This document shows, in pieces, positions 8,954 through 16,752 of a stretch of DNA of 61,254 nt (positions are counted from its first letter, which is position 1; each line of letters opens with the position of its first letter). The notes below the pieces were generated by a model. The model was not told the DNA's origin, searched no databases, and saw only the letters and a list, made by a program, of their open reading frames with translations. The translations under genes and the position numbers were made by a program. Source of the DNA: a virus (taxonomy: Duplodnaviria; Caudoviricetes); IMG/VR virus record IMGVR_UViG_3300032309_001297, positions 1 to 61,254 of that record; one strand, written 5' to 3'.

Positions 8954-9574
8954 ATGACACAAATGACATCAACATACGCACCAGCATCTGAGAAGCAAAT
9001 CAAGTTTCTAGATGACTTGGTGAAGAGCCGAGAGATTCCATCAGAGATGGTCTCTGCATACCTTGCGGAGAAAGAAACTCTTGACATCAAGAAGGCATCA
9101 AGCCTGATTGACCTTTTCCTGAAGTATCCCAAGATGGTTTTCCAGCCAACCTTGCCATCTCCAGCCTTCGCTGAATTGGTAAAAAAAGCAGAACCTAACC
9201 TCTATGGAGAACTTATTGGGGCACTTCAGGGAGTGCCTAAAAGCAAGTATGCGATACCAGTTTCTGAGTTGATGACTGACCTTCTGAAGGACAAAGTGCA
9301 CGGAGATTTAGTCTTCGTTGAGGTCAAGGAATATATGAAGAAGACCTACATCAAGAAGTTATATGGTTCAGTTGGAGCGTTCACTCGTGTCCGACCAGCC
9401 GTTGAGGACGCCCTTGTGTTTACACGGATAATCAAGACTGACCCATACAAATACACCAAGTTGTTTGCTGAACATTACCAATGCTGTGGCAAATGCGGTG
9501 CTGAACTCACAGACCCTAAGAGTCGTGAGTTGATGCTTGGACCAGAGTGCAGGAAGGCGTTCATACTCCCGTAA
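8954..9574 (+). CDS. DUF6011-like zinc-binding domain protein
   Basis: C-terminal CGKCGAELTDPKSRELMLGPEC; N-terminal ASEKQIKFL. Confidence 0.7.
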   Translation: MTQMTSTYAPASEKQIKFLDDLVKSREIPSEMVSAYLAEKETLDIKKASSLIDLFLKYPKMVFQPTLPSPAFAELVKKAEPNLYGELIGALQGVPKSKYAIPVSELMTDLLKDKVHGDLVFVEVKEYMKKTYIKKLYGSVGAFTRVRPAVEDALVFTRIIKTDPYKYTKLFAEHYQCCGKCGAELTDPKSRELMLGPECRKAFILP

Positions 9575-9588
9575 CCTTTTGTTTGGGT

Positions 9589-9625
9589 AAATCCACCTTT
9601 TGAGGTAGTCTTAGGGGGTGGATTT
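9589..9625 (+). terminator. hairpin, probable terminator
   Basis: AAATCCACCTTTTGAG...CTTAGGGGGTGGATTT inverted repeat. Confidence 0.55.
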
Positions 9626-9747
9626 CCCTGCAACTGTGCTAGGGTTGAGGAGGTAAAGACGTATTAGACAAAATGATGAGGGCTATCTAACGCCCTTCGG
9701 TGCAGTTTCAATAGCACCTGTCCCTATCCCCTAACAAAGGAGCAACA

Positions 9748-10413
9748 ATGCGTATTTCTAAACGCGAAGCAGAAACAGTAGTGTTCGGTTTGTCAATGGC
9801 TTTCGTGCTATTGAGCGCCAGCGCTGCGGTCGCCCAAGCAGTTGGAAAAGACGATAGCCAATCCAATGTAGTAGCAGTATCAGATACAACAACGACATCA
9901 ACGACAGTAAAGAAGAACGTAGTGATCCCTGATCGCGTCGATAGAGGGGTAAAAATCTACTCACTCAAAGCAGCTTCAGTCACTACCCAGCCTCCAGCCC
10001 CATCAGTTCTCGCTAAGTATGCGGAACGTCGAGCACCATTGGAGCCTGAAGAACTCAAAGAACTTCTCCAAGCAGTTGGATTCGAGGGACAAGCCCTCAA
10101 ACTTGCTTGGGGCATTGTGATGCGAGAGTCCCGTGGAGGTCCTACCTCACACAACGGGAACTCCGATACAGGAGATAACTCCTATGGATTATTCCAAATC
10201 AATATGATTGGTGGTCTCGGAGCAGACCGCCGTGAAAAATACGGTCTTACAACCAACGAAGAACTATTCAACCCAGTAGCCAATGCGCGGATTGCCTTCC
10301 TAATGTCAGGTGGAGGAGAAGATTTCGGCGCTTGGGGGGTAGGCAAGAACGCTTATAATGGTGGGAAAGTTGGTGACCTCTATTCGTGGGTTGCTAAGTT
10401 CCCATCAAAGTAG
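9748..10413 (+). CDS. exported lytic transglycosylase/lysozyme-like protein
   Basis: Signal-like N-terminus, Thr linker, IVMRESRG...SYGLFQIN...FNP..NA. Confidence 0.8.
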   Translation: MRISKREAETVVFGLSMAFVLLSASAAVAQAVGKDDSQSNVVAVSDTTTTSTTVKKNVVIPDRVDRGVKIYSLKAASVTTQPPAPSVLAKYAERRAPLEPEELKELLQAVGFEGQALKLAWGIVMRESRGGPTSHNGNSDTGDNSYGLFQINMIGGLGADRREKYGLTTNEELFNPVANARIAFLMSGGGEDFGAWGVGKNAYNGGKVGDLYSWVAKFPSK

Positions 10414-10426
10414 GAAGGAAACCTAT

Positions 10427-10858
10427 ATGTCAGAAGAAATCAAACCAACCGAGCCTGTTGTTCCTACAGTAGATGCGGTTGTTGTTGTTCCAGAACCAGA
10501 AGTTGTTGTGAAGCAAGAAGCTGTAGCTGTAGCTGCAGCAGCTCCTGAAGCTAAGAAGGGTAAAAATTTCGATCAGTCGAACGTAGCTGCCAAAGGTTCT
10601 GGGGTTTATGTCCAGATGGCTGCGCTTGTTTGCTGCGGAAGCGCTCGCAATTCACGCTCTGTCATCTCAGTTCAGAAGCGTCTGATGGAACTTGGTTACT
10701 CCTCTGCAGGAGATGAGAAGAGTGGTTACTTCGGTGAACACACTTGCTCTGCTCTACAAGACTTCCAAAAAGACAAGCGAATAGAATCAAAAGATTGTGC
10801 TGACTTAGCAACGATTGAGGCTTTATTTAGTGGCACGGCAGTAGAAATCCTGCCTTAG
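10427..10858 (+). CDS. peptidoglycan-binding domain protein
   Basis: VQKRLMELGY...GYFGEHT..ALQDFQK (PG_binding_1-like). Confidence 0.7.
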   Translation: MSEEIKPTEPVVPTVDAVVVVPEPEVVVKQEAVAVAAAAPEAKKGKNFDQSNVAAKGSGVYVQMAALVCCGSARNSRSVISVQKRLMELGYSSAGDEKSGYFGEHTCSALQDFQKDKRIESKDCADLATIEALFSGTAVEILP

Positions 10859-10870
10859 TTCTTTCCTATC

Positions 10871-10910
10871 AACGCCCAGTCTCTCATCTATTATTGAGGG
10901 GCTGGGCGTT
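10871..10910. terminator. hairpin/possible terminator
   Basis: AACGCCCAGTCTCTCA...TGAGGGGCTGGGCGTT. Confidence 0.55.
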
Positions 10911-10962
10911 GTTGCGTCCCGTAGCAACGTCATTAGTGCGGACTATGGAAGGACGGCACAAA

Positions 10963-11238
10963 ATGGCAGCAAATACAGAAAAGACCAAAATGGTTCTATC
11001 AAGAATTATGGCGGTGTTCGCAGCATCTGGGTTATCTGTGATTGGGGCTGGCGCTATCGCTGGCGTAGAACTCACACAAGCAATCTTGATGGCTGGTATA
11101 GGTGGCGTGGCGACCGTAGTTGAGGGGTTGAGTCGCGCTTATCTACAAGATGGGAAACTCACTGCGGCAGAGATAGATGATGTCTTTGCGGCTGTAGATA
11201 AGAAAAGGGCACCTAGCAAGGGTGCAGCATCTAAGTAG
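10963..11238 (+). CDS. holin-like membrane protein
   Basis: Two hydrophobic segments, charged C-terminus, next to muralytic genes. Confidence 0.55.
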   Translation: MAANTEKTKMVLSRIMAVFAASGLSVIGAGAIAGVELTQAILMAGIGGVATVVEGLSRAYLQDGKLTAAEIDDVFAAVDKKRAPSKGAASK

Positions 11239-11253
11239 TTAGACCTGTGAACA

Positions 11254-11295
11254 GGAAGACCCAGGGGGAATTTTTACCCCTTGGGTCTCCTCTTT
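11254..11295. terminator. bidirectional terminator between convergent genes
   Basis: AGACCCAGGGGG-AATTTTTA-CCCCTTGGGTCT hairpin, containing a reverse GGGTAAAAA motif. Confidence 0.7.
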
Positions 11296-11550
11296 CTAAA
11301 GTCCTTCTACCGAACAGAGAATTGTTTCCGCATAAATACCTTTAGCGTTCTTCTCGTTTGAGAACCAACCTATGAAGACTCGTCCGTCTCTCTCATCGTC
11401 ATAGTATGCGCCTCGTATATCTAGCCCACACTTATTGCACCTGTCTAGATATTCTTTCGTGTGCGGTTCACTATTGTGACTGTTGTTAGGAATATGTCTC
11501 TTTAGTATTTCTGCTACTTCTGCATCTAGTGGTTCTGTCTTTGTTGTCAT
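11296..11550 (-). CDS. hypothetical protein with H/CxxC motifs
   Basis: Start at MTTKTEP. Confidence 0.65.
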   Translation of the reverse strand: MTTKTEPLDAEVAEILKRHIPNNSHNSEPHTKEYLDRCNKCGLDIRGAYYDDERDGRVFIGWFSNEKNAKGIYAETILCSVEGL

Positions 11551-11552
11551 TG

Positions 11553-11669
11553 TTAGCCCCAGATGAAGCAGGCAATTACTGCAACTGCTACCCCTATGAA
11601 AGCACCAATAGGTGCACCAAAATCTGCGTTCTCGTCTAGCCAATCTTGTAATGCGGTAAATGGGTTCAT
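11553..11669 (-). CDS. small membrane protein (38 aa)
   Basis: MNPFTALQDWLDENADFGAPIGAFIGVAVAVIACFIWG downstream of promoter. Confidence 0.55.
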   Translation of the reverse strand: MNPFTALQDWLDENADFGAPIGAFIGVAVAVIACFIWG

Positions 11670-11719
11670 AGTCGTCGTTTCTCTTTCTGTCCTTTGCTAC
11701 TCCCTGTAGCAATAAGTGA

Positions 11720-11748
11720 ACTATGCCAACCTTCCTGCACTTTGTCAA
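11720..11748 (-). promoter_or_regulatory. sigma-70-type promoter
   Basis: TTGACA-AAGTGCAGGAAGGTTGG-CATAGT on minus strand. Confidence 0.8.
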
Positions 11749-11775
11749 GTCCTCTACGGCGTGTCGTAGAAAAGA

Positions 11776-11808
11776 AAAAACCCCCCTGCCTAAGCAAGGG
11801 GGCTCTTC
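11776..11808 (-). terminator. intrinsic terminator
   Basis: CCCCCTGC-CTAA-GCAAGGGGG hairpin, A run on plus strand (T run on minus). Confidence 0.7.
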
Positions 11809-11818
11809 TGTCCCGTGA

Positions 11819-12193
11819 CTAGATAAGTGTAATGCTAGGTTCTACGAACTTCTGCACCTTTGCTACGGTCAGTTTCATAATGTCTACCTGCTCCTGTGTG
11901 AGTCCAATAGTCTCACCTTCTGAGTCTGTCCCACCTGTGAGAACTATGTCCCCGACTAGGTAGTCCGTGTGTGCCCCGAATACTTTGTCCCACATATATT
12001 GTGCGTATGGGTTATGCGGTAGCCCTGTCAGTTTGCCTTCTTCGTTGCACCACATTGAGAGGTCTGAGGCTAGGTCTATCGCCTGCACCCACCCACCTAC
12101 TGCGGTCTGTAGTTTGTTGAGGCTGTCCGAGGCTAGGTCTAACTCTGTGACCTCTCCTGTTGTTGTTACCTGTAAGGCTGTCTTTGTTGTCAT
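11819..12193 (-). CDS. DUF3846-like protein
   Basis: LQTAVGGWVQAI...MWCNEEGK...N..A...LVGDIVLTG. Confidence 0.8.
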   Translation of the reverse strand: MTTKTALQVTTTGEVTELDLASDSLNKLQTAVGGWVQAIDLASDLSMWCNEEGKLTGLPHNPYAQYMWDKVFGAHTDYLVGDIVLTGGTDSEGETIGLTQEQVDIMKLTVAKVQKFVEPSITLI

Positions 12194-12232
12194 TGGGTGT
12201 CCTTTGTTTTGTTGTTACTTGCTTACGGTGTA

Positions 12233-12261
12233 AGTCTATAGACCTCTCTGCACTTTGTCAA
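12233..12261 (-). promoter_or_regulatory. sigma-70-type promoter
   Basis: TTGACA-AAGTGCAGAGAGGTCTA-TAGACT. Confidence 0.8.
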
Positions 12262-12264
12262 GTC

Positions 12265-12504
12265 TTATCCGTTAGTTAGTTTGTCGTCCTTGTAGCAATC
12301 GTAGGACTCGTGTGTGTCCTCACGCCTTCCACATAGGCAGACCTTTGCGGTGTAGACCTTTGGTCTGCGGTTAGGCAGACTGCCTACTGCTATTACCTCT
12401 ACAACCTCTACCCCTAGTTTCGTGGCTAAAGCTTGTGCGTCTGCCTGTCTTGCGGTGCTGTAGGTGTATTTTTTACCCGACTTAGGGTTAGTTACTTGAT
12501 ACAT
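12265..12504 (-). CDS. hypothetical protein
   Basis: AAAGGA RBS; CLC..H..C motif. Confidence 0.65.
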   Translation of the reverse strand: MYQVTNPKSGKKYTYSTARQADAQALATKLGVEVVEVIAVGSLPNRRPKVYTAKVCLCGRREDTHESYDCYKDDKLTNG

Positions 12505-12603
12505 CTTTGGTGTCCTTTGTTTGTTGCGGTGTGTGTGTGTTGCGGTGGCATTGGAAAGCCCCTCAGGTCAGGGGGTGACCTAAGGGGCTCTAGTCCTAGT
12601 GGG

Positions 12604-12846
12604 TTAGGCGCTTACTGCCTGCAAGATTTGGACTCGTGCGGTGCGACCCCAGATGATGTCCTGCACTTCTGCCATCTCCATCTTGCGGAGTTGCTTAGGT
12701 CCGTTTCCGTCAATCTCCTCAGTAACGATGAAGCGGGTGATGTCGCAAGAACCTGCGAACAACTCACGAACCTTGTTCAGGTTGTCTAGGTGAAAGTAAT
12801 AAGTAACTCCGCCTGCTGTGATTTCTACTCCATAAGTTGTATACAT
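12604..12846 (-). CDS. hypothetical protein
   Basis: GGGAG RBS before MYTTYG. Confidence 0.7.
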   Translation of the reverse strand: MYTTYGVEITAGGVTYYFHLDNLNKVRELFAGSCDITRFIVTEEIDGNGPKQLRKMEMAEVQDIIWGRTARVQILQAVSA

Positions 12847-12892
12847 TGTTTGTTTCTCCCTGTGTAAGTAAGCCTTATTGCTTACAAGAGAT

Positions 12893-12921
12893 AATCTAGC
12901 AACCTTCCTGCACTTTGTCAA
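12893..12921 (-). promoter_or_regulatory. sigma-70-type promoter
   Basis: TTGACA-AAGTGCAGGAAGGTTGC-TAGATT. Confidence 0.8.
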
Positions 12922-12954
12922 GTCTTTCTGCAATATTTTTTAGATTTATTTTTA

Positions 12955-13380
12955 GCCTCTAGGCAAGCCTCTAGGCATAGCCCAACTAGCCCAGCCAGCC
13001 CAAGACCAGCCCAACACAAGAGACTAAGACCTAGACCCAAGACCTAGACCCAAGAGCCAACCCAGCACCTAGAAAGATTTAGTGTCTAGGTAGACCTAAC
13101 ACTTCCTAATAACTTGATGACCTTGACCTGGTGACCAGGCTTGACTACTTCCTAACAACTTGATGACCTTGATAACAATAAACACACCTTGACCAACAAT
13201 GACCACACATAATGATGATTTGACTACACATAGTGATGACCTTGATGACCTTTGATGACTTTGACAAACATAAAAGCAATCACAAAAGCCAAAACCAAAA
13301 GAAAACAAAAACCAAGCAAAAAAACAAAAAAAGGCCCGGAACGATTTGGCGCAGTGCCAAATATAAGCGGGGCCAGCTCG
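12955..13380. repeat. non-coding, strand-skewed short-repeat region (candidate terminus/packaging site or origin)
   Basis: AAGACCTAGACCC x2, several TGATGAC(C/T) units, ACTTCCTAA(T/C)AACTT x2, long A/C tract, hairpin ATTTGGC..GCCAAAT. Confidence 0.7.
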
Positions 13381-13488
13381 CAGCCCAAAGTCAAATAATG
13401 TAAATGTTCATCTTTTCGCCCCTTCCGTACAAAGAGATAGCCCCTCTTTCTCCCGTACGACACTTCAAAACTCCTGTACTATAGGTAA

Positions 13489-13986
13489 ATGGATCAGACG
13501 CCGCTATTGCCTTCAGATGAAGTGACATTCATCAGCTCTCTGCCGCGTCCAGAGGCAGAATCGCGCCTCCGAGTCCTCTGGGAAGCAGGTTGGTCCCTTC
13601 AGGCGCTGGGTAATTCCCTACAGCCACAAAGACCTAAGACCACAATCCACTTCTGGGTAAAAAGAGCACAAATAGTGGAGCAATTTAGGGATATCCCTGC
13701 TCCACCTCCAAAATCCCTAACTACTTCAGTTCCTACCAAATCTGCACCTCGTCTGAGGTCCATTTCTCCGGGCGTCCCTCCCGATATGAAACCTCGACTA
13801 AAAGAACTTAGTGCTCTAGCCCAAAGGTATAGAGCTAAGACAGCCCCAGACAGTCCTCTGGCTTTAGCTAACGACGAGCTGACGGCTGTAGCAAAGACCC
13901 TGAGAAGCATGGGTGTACCGACTGCGGCTATTGCCGAGGCTGCAGGGGTTTCCTACCGAGCAATGGCGAGAAGGTTGAGTAAGTGA
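13489..13986 (+). CDS. double HTH DNA-binding protein, probably leaderless
   Basis: GWSLQALG..TTIHFW and GVPTAAIAEAAGVSYRAM; TACTAT 6 nt before ATG. Confidence 0.7.
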   Translation: MDQTPLLPSDEVTFISSLPRPEAESRLRVLWEAGWSLQALGNSLQPQRPKTTIHFWVKRAQIVEQFRDIPAPPPKSLTTSVPTKSAPRLRSISPGVPPDMKPRLKELSALAQRYRAKTAPDSPLALANDELTAVAKTLRSMGVPTAAIAEAAGVSYRAMARRLSK

Positions 13987-14315
13987 GACAGTACGAAACA
14001 CAGTCTGGTACCTATACAGAAGAAGAATTAGCCGTTGTGGTTTGGATTAATCCAAAAGCAATAAAGTCTCGACAGTCCAGAGCTCTTGAGACGATGACTT
14101 CTGAGAACTCTCGTTTCCCAATGGCGTTCCCAATCCGCAGTCTCACAAAGAACCGCTCTTGGAAAAACGCCCAGTTGGCTAAAACAAAAGAAGATGTCTT
14201 TTCTTTCATACCTTCAAGTGAGCGTTCTAGACCAGTACTTATTCCGTTAGGAGTAGCAAAAGAAGCTTTGGGGTGGAATGACTTCTACATCCCTTCTGAA
14301 TATACGGAGAAGTAG
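13983..14315 (+). CDS. hypothetical protein
   Basis: GTGA-coupled ORF. Confidence 0.7.
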   Translation: MRQYETQSGTYTEEELAVVVWINPKAIKSRQSRALETMTSENSRFPMAFPIRSLTKNRSWKNAQLAKTKEDVFSFIPSSERSRPVLIPLGVAKEALGWNDFYIPSEYTEK

Positions 14316-14677
14316 TGAAAAAGATAGTTGACGTATTTCCTGCTGTTATAAAACTCGCTCCTCCGGGCTCCCTTTCCGACATCACCATGTTAAAAACAAC
14401 TGGAGATGCTCCACAAGGGACAAGGAAGTTGGATAGATGTCGGGCTGTTGTACTTCAAAACACTTTATTGATCGCTGAAGACTCCCCCGAAGGGCCTAGA
14501 ATTGTTTTCCGTGAGCAGGTAGAGTTAATGGTGCAAGACAAGAAGCTGACTCACATTTTGACCGTTTCAGGCAAGATTATTGCGTTTATGAAGGACGACA
14601 ACTGCGGTTGTGGGTCTAGATTGCGTAGTTGGAACCCATATGGGGGCTTTATTACTTCAGGAGAGGACCCTAGTTGA
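14315..14677 (+). CDS. hypothetical protein with C-terminal CGCGS motif
   Basis: Coupled ORF, GGAG RBS. Confidence 0.7.
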   Translation: MKKIVDVFPAVIKLAPPGSLSDITMLKTTGDAPQGTRKLDRCRAVVLQNTLLIAEDSPEGPRIVFREQVELMVQDKKLTHILTVSGKIIAFMKDDNCGCGSRLRSWNPYGGFITSGEDPS

Positions 14678-14958
14678 GTACTTTGGAGTTCATTGTCTTA
14701 GGTCTAGCGACCTACCGAGTGACACGGCTTATCACTAGAGACACGATTCTCAATACACCAAGAAATTGGATATGGAAAAAGTTCCCTCCAGAGACTTCTA
14801 AGTTCGGATATCTCTTCACTTGCGAGTGGTGCACCTCGATTTGGGTAGCATCAGCCTTTGGAATATCTACTATCATTACATCAGTGACTATTGCTGTAGC
14901 CACGGTGTTCGCACTGTCTGCAGTAGCAGGGCTGTTAACTGCGTATGAGGATAAATAA
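14674..14958 (+). CDS. DUF1360-like membrane protein
   Basis: RVTRLITRD...LFTCEWCTSIW plus TM segments, upstream of portal. Confidence 0.75.
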   Translation: MSTLEFIVLGLATYRVTRLITRDTILNTPRNWIWKKFPPETSKFGYLFTCEWCTSIWVASAFGISTIITSVTIAVATVFALSAVAGLLTAYEDK

Positions 14959-14997
14959 TCTCATGCTCCGTAACCAAATTGACGAAGGGTATCTCAA

Positions 14998-16752
14998 GTG
15001 AGCGTATTCAAAAAAGTAGAGCCAGTTGAAGAAGTGCCAGCTGAAGCTCCTAAGCGCCCAACCCGTCGTCGCGCATCCACAAAGCGTTCAACACAAGTAG
15101 TACAAATTCCGCAGAGACCTGCTCCATCTTCTTTCGCTAATATTTTTACCAGCGGAACTCCAGCAATGTCTGCTGCATATAACATTCCTCGTTCTCTCAC
15201 TGCTGCTGCTGTTCAAGTAAAGGTAAATGACAAAGCAGAATTCGAGCAATTTAAAACTCGTCGTCACGCATCTTCATCAGCATGGCAAGCAGAAGCTTGG
15301 GAATACTACGACGCTATCGGTGAAATCAAATATGCATTCAACTTAGTTGCATCAGTTGTTTCACGAATTAGAATTTATGCTGCAGCAGTTGATGATCCAT
15401 CACAGGCTCCAGTATCTGTAAACGAATCTCGTGTTGTTGAAGGTAATCTTTCAGCAGCAGCAGAGCGTGCATTAGAAAGGTTGAACTCAGCATATGGTGG
15501 TCAAGCAGGTTTACTCAAAGATGCTGCTCTTAATCTTTCCGTCTCAGGCGAATGTTATTTGGTTCAGATGCCTGCTCGTCCAGGAAGTGGTCTTCCTGAG
15601 TCTTGGGATATTCGTTCTGTTGACGAAGTAGTTACTGACCCTAAGGGTGGCTTTAGTGTTATTGGTCGTAGAGAACAAGCAGCTGGACAAGGTGCAGCGT
15701 TTGGTATTTCTCGACTTGGTAGCAAAGCATTTGTAGGACGCATCTGGCGTTCACATCCACGTTTCTCTGACGAAGCAGATTCATCACTTCGTTCACTTCT
15801 AGACCTATGTGCCGAACTTCTACTTTTGAATAGGACATTCCGTGCTACTGCTCGTTCTCGCCTCAATGCTGGCGCTCTATATCTTCCAGATGGTCTTTCG
15901 GTTGCGGCGCAGGCGGACCCAGACTACCCATACGATTCTGAGGATGGCATCGGCGCAGGCTTTACTGCTGAAGAAGCCGAAGACGAATTCGAAGAACAAT
16001 TAATTGATGCGATGACAACTCCGATTCGCGATGAAGAATCAGCGAGCGCAGTTGTTCCTCTTATCATTCGTGGTCCTGCAGAACTTGGCGACAAGATTAA
16101 GCAGTTCAAGTTTGAGCGTTCATTCGACCCTGCACTTGCAGAGCGTTCTGACCGTGTTCTAGAACGAATCCTTCAGGGACTAGATGTTCCAAAGGATGTT
16201 GTAACAGGACTAGCAAACGTTAAATATTCAAACGCACTTCAAATTGACGAAGCACTTTACAAGGCACACATCGAGCCAATGATGCTTCTTATATGTGATG
16301 CACTCACAGTTGTTTATTTGCGTCCATACCTAATTGCTAATGGATACCCAGAAGCTGAAGTAAACAAAATTGTTGTTTGGTATGACCCATCAGCAGTTTC
16401 AACACGCAATGACCGTGCTGCAGATGCAGATGCTGGTTATGACCGTATGGCTGTCTCTGGTGATACATGGCGTCGTGCTCACGGATTCTCAGATCAAGAT
16501 GCTCCGACTCCAAATGAGTTGGCTCTTCGTATGATGACCGAAAAGGGTGCAATGACCCCAGAACTTACAGAAGCAATGCTTAACACTGTTGCTCCTGAAA
16601 TGATGCAAGCAGTTAAAGCTGCTGCACAAGCGTCATCTGTTGCTCCAATGACTCCAGAGTTACAACAAATTCTTGATGGTGGAGCGCCTGCAGAAACTCC
16701 TGCAGAACCACCAGCCGAAACTCCAGCTCCAACTACAGAGGCAGGGCAGTAA
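14998..16752 (+). CDS. portal protein
   Basis: 584 aa; WQAEAWEYYDAIGEIKYA, NLSVSGE, SAVVPLII, GLDVP, WYD motifs recalled from actinophage portals; first large head gene. Confidence 0.85.
   Translation: MSVFKKVEPVEEVPAEAPKRPTRRRASTKRSTQVVQIPQRPAPSSFANIFTSGTPAMSAAYNIPRSLTAAAVQVKVNDKAEFEQFKTRRHASSSAWQAEAWEYYDAIGEIKYAFNLVASVVSRIRIYAAAVDDPSQAPVSVNESRVVEGNLSAAAERALERLNSAYGGQAGLLKDAALNLSVSGECYLVQMPARPGSGLPESWDIRSVDEVVTDPKGGFSVIGRREQAAGQGAAFGISRLGSKAFVGRIWRSHPRFSDEADSSLRSLLDLCAELLLLNRTFRATARSRLNAGALYLPDGLSVAAQADPDYPYDSEDGIGAGFTAEEAEDEFEEQLIDAMTTPIRDEESASAVVPLIIRGPAELGDKIKQFKFERSFDPALAERSDRVLERILQGLDVPKDVVTGLANVKYSNALQIDEALYKAHIEPMMLLICDALTVVYLRPYLIANGYPEAEVNKIVVWYDPSAVSTRNDRAADADAGYDRMAVSGDTWRRAHGFSDQDAPTPNELALRMMTEKGAMTPELTEAMLNTVAPEMMQAVKAAAQASSVAPMTPELQQILDGGAPAETPAEPPAETPAPTTEAGQ

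Noticed and set aside
9655-9747. c-di-AMP (ydaO) riboswitch upstream of the transglycosylase
   Set aside because: Context fits, but I could not match the conserved sequence blocks and the leader is short.
12955-13330. CRISPR array
   Set aside because: Repeats are short, degenerate and lack regular unique spacers.
13096-13463. Minus-strand ORFs over the repeat tract
   Set aside because: Low-complexity products of the A/C-skewed DNA.
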